DNA from: Neophaeotheca triangularis
Lineage: Eukaryota
Direction: 5' to 3'
Length of the DNA: 64,000 nucleotides
Assembly (NCBI GenBank): GCA_054600435.1
Contig: BAAIJX010000018.1
Coordinates: 248,001-312,000 of the forward strand
In this document: positions 11,009 to 22,876 of the stretch, in pieces
How positions within the stretch are numbered: the first letter of the stretch is position 1
How the letters are laid out: the number at the start of each line of letters is the position of its first letter
Made by a program: the position numbers and the translations under genes
Notes under the pieces: model-generated
Databases searched by the model: none
Told to the model about the DNA's origin: nothing
The model's input: the letters and a program-made list of their open reading frames with translations, nothing else

Positions 11009-14000
11009 CTAATAACTCCCCACCGTTCCACGACAACTCACGAAAAACTCCCTCACCACATCCCTAGTCTTCTTCGCGCCCCTAAGCGCGATGACCTGTT
11101 GCAAAAACCTCCTTTTCTCCGCCTCGCCAACCCCCTGCCCTTCGACAGGCTGCGGGAAGCCCTCCCCAAGCAACGCCCGCTCCAGCCACCGCTTAGCAAC
11201 AGGCACGTTGTACACGAGTGCCTTGAGCGGTTCGCACAAGTAATCGAGCTCGGAACGCTGGCCCAAACCACCGATCTGCGCCATCAGCGCCACGCTGAGT
11301 TGCGGGCCGTAATGGGAGAGAAGTTCTTGGGTTTGGCCTTTGACGGTGTTATCGGAGTGGGTGGTTTGCGGGCCGGCGAGGGTAATGAGTTTGGCCCAGA
11401 AGTCGCAGGCGGAGCGTTTGGGGAGGGGATCTTGGCCGCGGACGGCTTGGATTGTGTAGGAGAGGATGAGGGTCTGAGACTCTTGGGGAGAGTTGAGGAG
11501 AAGGGTGGCGTAGGTTGGGAGCAGGCGGCTGCAGACGTCGAAGAGGGCTTGGGCTATAGAAGGGTCGTTTGCCGGGTCGACTAAGCGGCTGAGGAGTTCG
11601 GAGACGCTGGCGAGAATTTGGGTGACTTCAGGTTCGATGCGTGAGGTGTTTTGGCGGCTGTGTTGCGTAATGAGCATGCCGGCGGTGGAGAGGACGCTTT
11701 CAAGCTGAGAGGTGCTGAGGGAGCATTGCTGAAGGAAGTTGACGGTGACGGATGGTGGGAGGACGAACGGTCCAGGTGTTGACTCGGCGAAGCCACTGCG
11801 CAGCACACTGCAAGCGGCGTCGATCGCTTCACCGCTGTTGTTGAGGATGTTGAGGATGGAGAAGCAGCCGGTGATGCGATGTTGCAGTCCAGTGCCCTCG
11901 GCACTACTCCATACCTCCGCCTTTTCCTTGGCCGCTTGTGCGTCATTCTCGTCGTCGTCAAGAAGTATAGGCACGTCCTCGGGTACCTGCGAAGCTCTCC
12001 CTATGCTTGCTAGACACGTCAAGGCGCTCACACCGGTCGATTCTGCTGACTCCGGATCACCAGCTTCCATGTACTGTCGAGTGCGTTCAGCGTCCTGGCT
12101 CACATTGTCCAACAGTGCCATGAGTGGACGTATCTTCAGGCTTTCCGGTTGCAAAGCTTGTATAATTGAAGCAATGCCACCAACAACCTTCTCTTTCGTG
12201 TATGAATCGCACGTCGAGGACTGCAAGAAGCGCTGATACTGCGAGAGGAAACCATCCAGCTCACTTGTGAGACTCTGCCGACAGGCTGAGCACAAGAGGG
12301 CGATTGATTTCGCAGAGGAGTTTGCAAGTGCTGGTGCCTCGAGCGAAGCAAACAAAAATCGAAGTGCGTCCGGGAGGTACTCGGCATGTTGCTCAATGTA
12401 GTCACCGTAATATCCGAGCATGTCGACCGCCGTCCGCCGGGTCTGTGGTGGTATCTGTTGGGTAAAGTCGGCCACCTCGCGAAAGAGGCTCGAGCCAAAG
12501 ACTGAAGCTAGCGGAGTCTGGTCGCTATTTCCTTCGAGTATGTTGTCTACAAGCATGCTGAGGCAATACATTGCAGCCTCGAGAGGCCGCCATGCCTTTG
12601 CTTTGAGTGAGCTGAGCAAAAGCTGCACAAGTTGGATCTGTATCTCGCTGCCTTTCAACACGAACATTGAACCCACGCAATCCGTCGCGTCAGTCCTGAA
12701 CTCGCGGTACAAACTCTTCTCCTGGTCCTCCCAGCAGTCTGTTATCTCTGTTGGTGGAATCTGCATCTTGAAGCACAAAGCATCGACTACCCCCGGCAGG
12801 ACATCTTTTGCAGGCGCCAGCCACGACGGCCGGGGTGCGTTGAGATCCAACGAAAACTGGGTGTCGATGACCAGTTCCACGTAGGTATTCCAGAAATCAA
12901 CTGTCGAAGCGGAGAGAGAATCGTTCCAGCCAGGCCAGGACTTTGGCTCACGCAGAATTTTGTCGCCAAGCAGTGTGAACAGATACTGTGAGTGATCGCT
13001 AGTCGGACTGTACATTATGTCTTGCACCACTGCTTTGCTGTAGGCGACGATAACCTCCCCAAAATCGGCAGCCTCGTCGAATTGCTCCTCCTGGAAAAGC
13101 TCGAGCATGCGCGGCCCGAGTCGAGAAACTATGACTTGTCCCAGGAGTTGCATGTCTTCTGGTCGGAAGAAGCTCGTATATGTGTCCAGAATATCGCGGA
13201 CGACGTCAAGAGCTTCTGATTCGAGATCGTTTTCGGAAATCAGGTACCGGAAGACGGAAGGCGAGATGGACCTTACGTGCTCGAGTGCTTCCGGTTTGGT
13301 CGGCCACATCGGCTGGGCGTAGCTGATCCAGGTCTTCGAAACATTAGTCAAGCTCTACGTTATTAGAGTTGAGAGCACTTACCTGAAGGCATCGTAGAGC
13401 CTCACTGCTGCTGGTAGCAGCAGTATCGTCCTGCCCATCTAAGCCCCACGTAATGACGACTCGCGCGTCCGCCACGATGGCTTCCATTTGAGCATGATGC
13501 TTAGCGTGGGCTGGGCTAGAGTTTTCAATCTTGCCAACCTCATGTGCCAGGGTCGCACAGAATTGCAGGATGGACTCGTAGTGTCGGAGAGTCGGCAGGG
13601 GGAACAACTGCTGCATGGTGACGCCGGCCTTGCTCACATCGTCCATGGTGAGAGCAGCGCCATGCTTGAAGGAGGCCGCCAGTTGCAAGAGCGGATGCTC
13701 CCACAGGACAGGCGAGCGGATGTAGTAGGTAGCGAGGGTCGAGCACAGTTTCTTGCGAACAAGACCGGACTGTTCGCGTTGGATTGAAACGATCTGTGTC
13801 GGTCAGCGCGACTCCTAGGGAGGGGCGATTCATGGCACATTAATTTAGGGGGCAACTCACAATCCAATGAATCAGTCGATGAAGTACTGTTTGCGCGGCG
13901 CCCTCGTCGAGTGAAGCCCTGAGTATGTGTATTAGCAAATGCTTCACCGTCTCTCAATTCAGGGCGCTACTGACCCATCATTATTGAGCTTTACTTGGAA

Positions 14001-14213
14001 AGTAAGCGCACCAAAAAAACGAACTTGAGGGTCGTCGCTTGCGAGGAGTGCGTCGGCGATTTGCCAACCTTCGGAAGATCGCTGGAGCTGCTTGAGGCGT
14101 TCATCGATCCCCGTAATCAGTTGCGGCGAACCAGCTGAGTACAAGCGTTTGACAAGCTCTTCGACATCGGAAACGCTTCGAGGCGCCGGAATGTCGTTGG
14201 TGTAGCCGTTCAT
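11009..14213 (-). CDS. Importin-beta family karyopherin (importin-13/Kap122-like), multi-exon
   Basis: IBN_N-like start (LKQLQRSSEGWQIADALL...VRFFGALTFQVKL), long HEAT-like helical ORF, WRPLEAAMYCL motif; several short introns at 13.3-14.0 kb. Confidence 0.85.
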
Positions 14214-14402
14214 GGTAGGGATTCCGGGAGGAAGTGTGTGGAATTGTCAAGAGCGGGAAGGTGTGGAAGAGCTCTCATGACCTTTGATTTCTTGTTCGAC
14301 AAGGTGAAAGCTCTGAGTGTGACCTTGGTAGGTGGGGAAGGAAGCGTTTGGTGATACAGAACCGCAAAGTGAAGATGTCGGGCGTTAAGTCTTGGCGCTT
14401 CT

Positions 14403-14428
14403 ACGCGTCTTCCCGCATTCGGACGCGT
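14403..14428 (+). promoter_or_regulatory. Two MCB (ACGCGT) cell-cycle boxes upstream of ORC2
   Basis: ACGCGT at 14403-14408 and 14423-14428, within ~80 nt of the ORC2 ATG. Confidence 0.6.
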
Positions 14429-14483
14429 TTGGCTTCACTTCATCTGGGGTTTTTCTTGCAAGCAAGACAAAGCTCGTGACGAC

Positions 14484-16283
14484 ATGCCCAAGCGTAGAAG
14501 GCAGGATGCCGATGGTGACGGGGTTGAGGATGAAGATGCCACACCACGAAAGACTAGGAGCGCCCGCCGAGAGCAGCCCCAGGACCAGCCGGCTGCAGAA
14601 GCCGAAACACCTTCTAGACGATCCATCTTGAAAAGTACACCCAGCAAACTGAACACTTTGACCGATGAGGAGCCCACGCCCAAGTCTCTCAGGAAGGTCT
14701 TGTTCTCTACGCCTGCAAAGCCGCGCGAGGAAGCGTCAGAACCAGACGAGCAAACGCCGACGGCTGCTCGCAATAACCGGTCTGCCCGTAAGAAGAGCGC
14801 TAGGCTGTTACAGCAAGAGAAGTCCGATGATATGAATAGCGATGCGGAAGAAGACGAGGGAGAGTTTGCTCTTGCCGAAGAGATCATGGAAGATGAAGCC
14901 GAGGAGGAAGAGGATGTAGCAGCTGGGGGTGCAGAGGAAGATGCTGAGATGATCGTGGCTACAGCGGCGCCTGATACGCCCTCTAAAGCGAAGACGGGCA
15001 GACCCCGGGGGAGACCGAAAGGGCGAAAAAGAGAGAGAACGCCTTCTCCCCCGCCCGACTTGCCTCCTCACGAGCAATATTTCTTCGACAACAGGCCAGG
15101 AGGGAGCAAGACCTCTACAAACACCTTGCCACCTAATCTGCTTCTGAGCCATGAGGATTTTTTCAAGAGAATCACGGCCTATAATGACCGTCATGAAGGT
15201 GATATCGAGCAGCTGAGGCAGCTTCACCAGCGAGCATTCGATCAATGGGTCTTTGAACTCGAGGAAGGCTTCAATATCTGCCTCTACGGCTACGGATCGA
15301 AACGTAGACTTGTCATGGACTTTGCCGAACACGTCTACAGCCAGTCCAAGCGAACTCCTACCATTGTTGTTGTAAACGGCTACACTCCAGGCCTAACGAT
15401 TCGAGATGTCCTCACAACAGTAGCTTCCCAAGTCCTCCCGCCCCACGAGACCAAGCTCCCAAACCAGCCTCCCGCCCTCCTCGAGCTCATCCTCGCAACG
15501 CTAACCTCAGAACCCCCAACCTCGACTTTACAACTCCTAATACACTCTCTCGACCACTCCAATCTTCGCAAACCTACAACCCAAGCCCTCCTCTCCCGCT
15601 TAGCCTCCCACCCCTCAATCTCCCTAACAGCAACCTGCGACACTCCCAACTTCCCCCTCCTCTGGGATACGACCCTAACCAACGCCTACAGATTCCTGTA
15701 CCACGACGCCACGACCTTTGAGCCCTACCGCGCCGAACTCGACGTTGTAGAGGAATCCAACACCCTGCTCGGCAGAAGCGGCCGTCGCCTCGCCGGCAAA
15801 GATGGCGTGGGCTATGTACTCAAGTCGCTACCCGAAAACGCCCGCACCCTCTTCCGCATCCTCGTCGCCGAGCAGCTCGCCAGCGCCGACGCGGAACCCA
15901 ACGCTTTTCAAACAAGTGCAGAAGCCTCAGACGACAACGACGACGACTCCATTCTGGGTGCCTCTGATGACGATGCTGCCGCGACGAACACACCTTCCCG
16001 ACGCAGACAGAAGCGCGGCCGGCCTGCGAAGAAACCTAAAACTCCCACGAAGATTGCCAAGATCGCTAAAGAGGCTGTGCCAGAGGGCGTGCCGTATCGT
16101 ACGCTGTATCACAAGGCTGTGGAGGAATTTGTGGCGTCGAGTGAGATTAGTTTCAGGACGCTGTTGAAGGAGTTCCATGATCATGCTATGATCGAGTCGC
16201 GTAGAGATGCTATGGGGACGGAGAGGTTGAGCGTGCCATTTGGGCGAGAGGAGTTGGAGGGGATTTTGGAGGAGTTGGTTTGA
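14484..16283 (+). CDS. ORC2: Origin recognition complex subunit 2
   Basis: QWVFELEEGFNICLYGYGSKR, VVNGY, HDATTFEPY and FRTLLKEFHDH motifs; AT-hook-like GRPRGRP in the disordered N-terminus. Confidence 0.95.
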   Translation: MPKRRRQDADGDGVEDEDATPRKTRSARREQPQDQPAAEAETPSRRSILKSTPSKLNTLTDEEPTPKSLRKVLFSTPAKPREEASEPDEQTPTAARNNRSARKKSARLLQQEKSDDMNSDAEEDEGEFALAEEIMEDEAEEEEDVAAGGAEEDAEMIVATAAPDTPSKAKTGRPRGRPKGRKRERTPSPPPDLPPHEQYFFDNRPGGSKTSTNTLPPNLLLSHEDFFKRITAYNDRHEGDIEQLRQLHQRAFDQWVFELEEGFNICLYGYGSKRRLVMDFAEHVYSQSKRTPTIVVVNGYTPGLTIRDVLTTVASQVLPPHETKLPNQPPALLELILATLTSEPPTSTLQLLIHSLDHSNLRKPTTQALLSRLASHPSISLTATCDTPNFPLLWDTTLTNAYRFLYHDATTFEPYRAELDVVEESNTLLGRSGRRLAGKDGVGYVLKSLPENARTLFRILVAEQLASADAEPNAFQTSAEASDDNDDDSILGASDDDAAATNTPSRRRQKRGRPAKKPKTPTKIAKIAKEAVPEGVPYRTLYHKAVEEFVASSEISFRTLLKEFHDHAMIESRRDAMGTERLSVPFGREELEGILEELV

Positions 16284-16581
16284 GTTGGGCGCATGTATTA
16301 CAGGCTATGAAACCGAGGTCGGCGATGAGGAGGGTGTGTTCTTTTGGTGGGTGCAAGAGCCCCAGCTCTTCTTGGAGCGTATCTTCCAGCATTTTCCGTG
16401 CGGATATAACATATGTACAATCACAGTGCCGTCGCCCATCGTCACCGCCATGATCGACCTGCTTTATACACCTCCGTAGTCTTCTGCCAACACAATGTGG
16501 CAACCTCTCCCTCTCCCTCTCCCTCCTCTTGTCTATCCCATCCCCCCTCCGCTCCAAACCCTCCCTCGACCCAAGCCACAT

Positions 16582-17144
16582 CTAAAACTCAGCAAAAGCG
16601 CTCAATGCAAACATAGCCCCAAAACTCAACTTAAACCCGACATTGTCCTGCACGGCACTGCGCAAGTCAATCTTGCCGAAATACCTCTGCAGTCTCCCAT
16701 ACGGCACGAGCCGAATACCATAGCTCTCGGCAGTCTGCACGCCCACAACCACAATCCCTATGAGCAGCGCGAGCGGCTTGCTGAAAACACTTACGCCTAG
16801 ACCGGCGAGGAGGCCTGCCACACACCTATGTCAGCACGGAAACAACGTGTATGGGGGTTGAGGGGAAGCGTACCGAGCACACTGCCCATGCTTAATTGCC
16901 GCACGGCTTGAGCGTTGAGTCCACCACCATTGGGTTTTGTAAGGGGCGCGGTGGCTTCGTTTTGGTATTGCGAGAAGGACCAATCTTTGGGGCTGGACGG
17001 GACGGGGGAGCTGTCGAGCCGGAGAGCTTGTCGGCGGTGTGTTGTATAGAGAAGGTAGCTGCTGCTTGCGCCTAGGGCGGCGGCTAGGAGGGGGGTGCGG
17101 AGTGTGGGGTGGAGGAGGGAGGGGGAGAAGAGGCGGGAGGCCAT
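16582..17144 (-). CDS. FUN14-family mitochondrial membrane protein (2 exons)
   Basis: RQLSMGSVLG joined by a short intron (~16816-16873) to GLLAGLGVSVFSK...FKLSFG; mitochondrial-type N-terminus. Confidence 0.75.
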
Positions 17145-17821
17145 TGTGGTGGGTTTGGATGCGAGGTTGGTTGTGGTGATGTTGTTGCGGCGGAGGAGGG
17201 GAGAAAACGCTGGAGTGTGATTGCGGGAGAGGTCGTTGTAGTGGAGGTGGGAGGCTGGTGGTAATGATCTACCGGTGGTATAAGGTGGCCAGTACCTAGG
17301 TAGTGAGGTGGATCTGACTTATTACTTGATGTTGATGCTATGGCATCTTGACCTAGGTACAGTGAAACTCCAAGGTCCACAGCTCCACGTGCGGCGTACG
17401 AGACTTGACGTTCGTCGCTGCTTTTATATCCGCTGCTTAAAGCCGGGTGGTAGTATCCTTACACCTGGGCAGTCCCGTCAGTACCAAAGGTGCGTTCGTG
17501 TAGCAATAATAATGAAGTCAATAATGCTTACGGGCTCTATAATATTCAGGGCTCCGATGCAAACACCCCCACCCGATGCCGGTGCGCCTCGTCGCTACCG
17601 CATTAGGCAAGTCAAAGCGAACCTCTGGAAAGCGCGACTGCACAGCAGCACGATCTGGGCCATGCAGTCTTCCGCCCCGCGATCGGAGGCGGCGGGCAGC
17701 CTCGGCCTTGGTGGGGCGACTTTTTTATCCAAAGAAGGAAGTCATGACTACAAGTCACAGTTGAGGTGACTGCTCTGCTCAAAGCATCTATTACGCCTTT
17801 CCATCTACATCTTTGACCGTT

Positions 17822-17828
17822 TGACTCA
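17822..17828 (+). promoter_or_regulatory. Gcn4/CpcA-type element TGACTCA upstream of PDX1
   Basis: Exact TGACTCA ~90 nt before the ATG at 17915. Confidence 0.45.
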
Positions 17829-17914
17829 TTCTCCTCCATCGATATAGTAGAGTCGCAATTCCCACCACCACCTCCTCTCCTCTTCCCTCCCGTCAATAAC
17901 CACAACCACACACA

Positions 17915-18883
17915 ATGTCCACCAACGGCACCACCAACGGCACCGTCACCGACTCCCCCGCCACGGCCGCCAAAAAGACCACCACCAGCATGACGCAAAC
18001 AAGCCCCCAATCCTCCTTCGCCGTCAAAGCCGGCCTGGCGCAAATGCTCAAAGGCGGCGTCATCATGGACGTCGTCAACGCCGAACAGGCACGCATCGCG
18101 GAAGAAGCAGGCGCCTGCGCCGTCATGGCCCTCGAGCGCGTGCCCGCCGATATCCGCGCCCAGGGCGGCGTCGCGCGCATGTCCGACCCGGACATGATCC
18201 AGGACATCATGCGCACCGTCACTATCCCCGTCATGGCGAAAGCACGTATCGGACACCTCGTCGAGTGCCAGATTCTGCAGCACGTGGGTGTGGATTATAT
18301 CGATGAGAGCGAGGTTCTCACCCCAGCGGACCCGACGCACCACGTGGATAAGAATTTGTTCGAGACTCCGTTTGTGTGTGGGTGCAGGAATCTGGGGGAG
18401 GCGCTGAGGAGGATTGCTGAGGGCGCGGCGATGATTAGAACCAAGGGCGAGGCCGGGACGGGGGATGTTGTGGAAGCGGTCAGGCACATGCAGACGGTGA
18501 ACGGCGAGATTGCCAAGGCGAGCAGTGCGAGCGACGCGGACTTGCGCATGATGGCTAGGGAGTTGGAATGCGATTACGCGTTGTTGAAGGAGACTGCGAA
18601 GCTGGGCAGGCTGCCGGTTGTGAACTTTGCGGCTGGTGGCATTGCTACGCCTGCCGATGCGGCGCTCATGATGCAGATGGGGTGTGACGGAGTGTTTGTC
18701 GGCAGCGGCATTTTCAAGAGCGGCGATGCGGCGAAGCGGGCTAAGGCGATTGTGCAGGCGACGACGCACTTTAGGGACCCCAAGGTGTTGACCGATGTGA
18801 GCATTGGACTTGGTGAGGCCATGGTTGGGTTGAACTGTGGGGCCATGGGAGAGTCGGACAAGCTTGCGAAGCGCGGATGGTAA
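17915..18883 (+). CDS. PDX1: Pyridoxal 5'-phosphate synthase subunit PDX1 (SNZ1/SOR1)
   Basis: [32 protein letters not shown] and [12 protein letters not shown] motifs; intronless 322 aa. Confidence 0.98.
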   Translation: MSTNGTTNGTVTDSPATAAKKTTTSMTQTSPQSSFAVKAGLAQMLKGGVIMDVVNAEQARIAEEAGACAVMALERVPADIRAQGGVARMSDPDMIQDIMRTVTIPVMAKARIGHLVECQILQHVGVDYIDESEVLTPADPTHHVDKNLFETPFVCGCRNLGEALRRIAEGAAMIRTKGEAGTGDVVEAVRHMQTVNGEIAKASSASDADLRMMARELECDYALLKETAKLGRLPVVNFAAGGIATPADAALMMQMGCDGVFVGSGIFKSGDAAKRAKAIVQATTHFRDPKVLTDVSIGLGEAMVGLNCGAMGESDKLAKRGW

Positions 18884-19057
18884 GAGGCTGAAAATAGGTG
18901 ATGTGTTTATTATTACTGGCTGCATGCCTTGGAACTGACTTGGCGGATCGATTGCTCTTGTGCATAGCACAGGCGTCTGTATTGCTTTCAAAAGAGCGAA
19001 GATAAAAGTGCTTCAACACCCCATCCATATCGTATCATGTCGATACCTCTCAACAAC

Positions 19058-21062
19058 TCAATACGGCGCACACTCCCTCTCCAACCACTTCCTAGTCCTC
19101 TCGTCGCCCTCGAAAAACTTGGCCGTCTTCTCCAAAACCTCTCTATGATACGCATTCAACCACTCCCTCTCCCCCTCGGTCAGCAAGCTGACATCGACCA
19201 ACTTCCTACACATGGGCACCATCGTCACATGCTCGAAGCCCAAGAACGGCTTATCCCCAAACTTGTGCTTTGTCTCCACTTCCCGCACCATAATGACATT
19301 CTCAATACGGACGCCAAAATTCCCATCCTCGTAATACCCAGGCTCGTCGCTGATAACGTTGCCGACGCTAAGAGGGACGTCGGCGTACTGCACGCGCGTT
19401 CCAATGCCAATGGGGCCTTCGTGGACGTTCAAGAAGCTGCCGACGCCGTGGCCCGTGCCGTGGCGGTAGTCAAGTCCGCTCTGCCACAGGTGCTGGCGCG
19501 CGAGGCAGTCGAGAGCAAAACCTGAAGTGCCTTTGGGAAATTTGGCCACTTCGAGGCCGATGTTGCCCTTGAGGACGAGTGTGTAAGCGTAGCGTTCCAT
19601 GTCCGTGGGCTCGCCATAGTGCAGCGTGCGGGTTGTGTCTGTTGTACCGTCGAGGTATTGTGCGCCGCTGTCGCAGAGGTAGACAGCTTTTGGGTCGATG
19701 ACGCTGCAGTTGCCGGGTTCGGGCTTGTAGTGGATGACGGCGGCGTTGGCGCCTGTGGAGGAGATGGTGTCAAAACTCAGGCCGACGAAATGGGTGTGTT
19801 TGGAGCGAATGGCTTCGAGTTTGTCGGCGGCTTGGACCTCATCGAGTTTGGTTGATTTTTCGATGAGCTCCTCTTCCAGCCAGGCAAAGTATTCAATCAG
19901 CGCTGCGCCGTCGCGAATGTGGCATTCACGCATTCCGGCCATTTCGGTCGTGTTCTTGACAGCTTTGGCGTCGCCGATGGGAGAGCGGACTTCTTCCACT
20001 TTGTCTTCGCCTCCTAGCGCTTGAGAGAGGGCCCAAGAAGCCTTGGTCGAGATGAAGTACTTGGGCTTCGGTGAGGCGGTTGTGCTGGGCTGGGCTGGAA
20101 CGGGGTCCTGATTCGCGAGGGCTTTGATGTCGGAGAAGATTGATTCGTATGGTTTGATGTCGACGCCCATGAGGTGCGCTTTGGCATTCTCGGGGAGTTT
20201 GGAGGAGTCGATGTATAAGGTTGCGGCTGTAGGTGTGATTACTGCGTATGAGAAGAAGACGGGGTTGTAGGGGATGTCGTTGCCTCGAAGGTTGAACAGC
20301 CAGGCGATCTCGTCGAGCATGCTCACTACAAATGCGGCAGCTTTCTTCTTCTCGAGCTCCTTTCGCAGCTCATCCACCTTGATCTGCCATTTCTTCCCGG
20401 CGAAATCCAACCCAAGCACACGAACGGGCTCGTTCGGTCTCGCGGGCTTGTCCTTGGCCCAGACTTCGTCGACGAGGTTGCTCGTTATACTGACAAGATC
20501 GTTGCCGCCCTTCTTCTTGATCTTCTCCGCAAGCTTGCGACCTTGAGGGGCTGTGATGGTCGTCGGATCAACACCAACAGTCTTACCCCCCTCGGCCTGC
20601 TCAATGGTCCAGTCTTGCCAGGTCGGTACATCTTGCAGCCCTTGCTTGAGAAGGGTCCAGTTGTTGTCAAGCTGCTTGCTCGCCTGGTTGAAGTACCGTC
20701 CATCGGTGGCTAGTGCGGCTTTCTCAAGGCCAACAATTGCAGTACCTGCGGAGCCAGAGAAGCCGGATATGAACTCGCGACGAGCATCGGTTGGTGCTAT
20801 GTATTCGGATTGATGCGAGTCTTCACTTGGGACGACTACGACACTTTGTCAGTCAGTGAATATGCCCCGGAGTGGAGTAACAAGTAGGCATACTGTAGAG
20901 ATCTACCTTGTTCTCCTTCATGAGCTGCCTCAGATGCCTGAGGCGCTCGGATGTGTCGACGGTCTCCATTTCCAACGGTCTTCGTAGGACAGCAGATGTG
21001 GTGAAGCTTCGAATGGGAAGCTTGGTTCCGTGGGAGAGCAGGCGGGAGAGACTGCTGAGCAT
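19058..21062 (-). CDS. Xaa-Pro aminopeptidase P (M24B), intron 20836-20893
   Basis: [44 protein letters not shown] and EPGYY motifs. Second in-frame ATG at 20969. Confidence 0.95.
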
Positions 21063-21253
21063 TCCAATGGTAGAGAATGTGGACAATCACGTGGGAAGAG
21101 GTCGGGATTGTACCATCAGACGATACAGTAGATACAACATGCGGGTGGATTGCAGCTACTCCTGCCTCTTTGGGAATTGGGACTTCGGCCGGGATTTCAC
21201 CGGCCGCTTCATCAAAAGCATACAGAACAGTACGTTCTTGATATTTTCACATA

Positions 21254-21293
21254 TGAGTAACTACCCTGAGTCACTTTGACCTGACTTTTATAT
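21254..21293 (+). promoter_or_regulatory. Gcn4/CpcA sites and TATA-like box upstream of ARG7
   Basis: TGAGTAA at 21254-21260, exact TGAGTCA at 21267-21273, TTTTATATA at ~21286. Confidence 0.6.
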
Positions 21294-21415
21294 AGCCAAG
21301 GGGTCTCATACATGAGGTATATGAGTTACAGCTCCTGCGCTTCGTACAGTCGGCCCCAGAAAGAGAGCTTGATGCCAACCCATTGAATCGTCCCGACTCC
21401 TTTTACTACCGCATC

Positions 21416-22876
21416 ATGGCCACCAAGACCATGGCCACCAGGCGTCTCTTCTCTGGCGCCTTTCAGATACGATGCTATTCGGCCCCAGCAGAGAAATCTA
21501 TACCGCCCGCCAAACAAAAGTATGTCCCGACGAGCGGCACCTACCCTAAAGGTTTTGTCGCGGGTAGCGCCTTTGCTGGCGTTAAACCTAGCAACACCAA
21601 GTACGACGACTTGGCCGTGGTTGCATCAGAAACGCCAGCATCTGCTGCCCTTGTCACTACCAGGAATGTGTTCAAAGCAGCTCCCGTCACCTTGAGCAAA
21701 CAGATGGTCGCTCAACCCAGCCGCAGTCGAGACTTCCGCGGTGTAGTCGTCAACTCTGGCTGCGCCAACGCCGTCACGGGCAAGGAAGGCTACGAGGATG
21801 CATTGGCCATGTCCAAGGCCGCGGAAAAGCACTTCGCGCCTTCTGGCGGCAACAAAGACGCGCATCATATGCTGGTAATGAGCACTGGTGTCATCGGCCA
21901 GCGCCTCCCCATTGATAAAATCACGTCCAACATCCCCAAACTGCACACCAACTGCGGCGAAACGCACGAACACTGGCTCAACGCCGCTCGCGCTATCTGT
22001 ACCACCGACACCTTTCCCAAACTTCTCTCTCGCACCTTCACCCTCCCCTCTCACCCAGAAACAACCTACTCTATAGCCGGCATGACCAAGGGCGCCGGCA
22101 TGATCCACCCCAACATGGGCACACTCCTGGGCATTCTTTGTACCGATGTCTCGCTCGAGCAAAATAGCTCCGTACTCGCCCTCCGCCGCGCCACAAACCT
22201 AAGCTTCAACGCCATCTCCATCGACGGCGACACGAGCACCAACGACGCCGTCGCCCTCTTCGCCAACGGCGCCACAACACCAACCACCAACCCCTCCACC
22301 AACCCCATCGAGTTCACCCGCGATCCCGATGAACAACAATCAGCCGATGCCACAGCCTTCGAGAGCGTCCTCTCATCCTTCATGACCGACTTGGCCAAAC
22401 TCGTCGTACGCGACGGTGAAGGGGCGACCAAGTTCGTCACCATTCGTGTGCGCGGCGACAACGCTGCTAGCAAACAGAATCCGCGAAGTCTCGTCACCCG
22501 CGTCGCCAAATCCATCGCCACCTCGTCTCTCGTCAAAACCGCTCTGTACGGCAAAGACGCCAACTGGGGCCGCATCCTGTGCGCCATTGGCTACGCTCCC
22601 GGGATCAAGCGCGGCGCCATTAATCCCGAGCGCACGAGCGTGAGCTTTGTGCCCGCCGATGGGAGCGCCGAGTTGCCGCTCCTGGTGCGTGGCGAGCCGG
22701 AGAAGGTGGACGAGGTGCGCGCCAAGGAGATTCTGGAGATGGAGGACTTGGAGATTTTGGTGCGGTTGGATGACGATGGGCCTGAGACGAGTGAGAAGTG
22801 GGATCAGGAGGCCGTAGTGTGGACTTGTGATTTTAGTCATGAGTATGTTACTATTAACGGAGATTATCGGACGTGA
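21416..22876 (+). CDS. ARG7: Mitochondrial ornithine acetyltransferase / ArgJ
   Basis: [35 protein letters not shown] autocleavage site, [16 protein letters not shown] and C-terminal INGDYRT. Confidence 0.97.
   Translation: MATKTMATRRLFSGAFQIRCYSAPAEKSIPPAKQKYVPTSGTYPKGFVAGSAFAGVKPSNTKYDDLAVVASETPASAALVTTRNVFKAAPVTLSKQMVAQPSRSRDFRGVVVNSGCANAVTGKEGYEDALAMSKAAEKHFAPSGGNKDAHHMLVMSTGVIGQRLPIDKITSNIPKLHTNCGETHEHWLNAARAICTTDTFPKLLSRTFTLPSHPETTYSIAGMTKGAGMIHPNMGTLLGILCTDVSLEQNSSVLALRRATNLSFNAISIDGDTSTNDAVALFANGATTPTTNPSTNPIEFTRDPDEQQSADATAFESVLSSFMTDLAKLVVRDGEGATKFVTIRVRGDNAASKQNPRSLVTRVAKSIATSSLVKTALYGKDANWGRILCAIGYAPGIKRGAINPERTSVSFVPADGSAELPLLVRGEPEKVDEVRAKEILEMEDLEILVRLDDDGPETSEKWDQEAVVWTCDFSHEYVTINGDYRT

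Noticed and set aside
17612..18991. 459-aa ORF antisense to PDX1, and similar shadow ORFs over ARG7, GPI7, the Mei2-like gene and YTP1
   Set aside because: Explained by GC-rich third codon positions of well-supported genes on the other strand; no motifs of their own.
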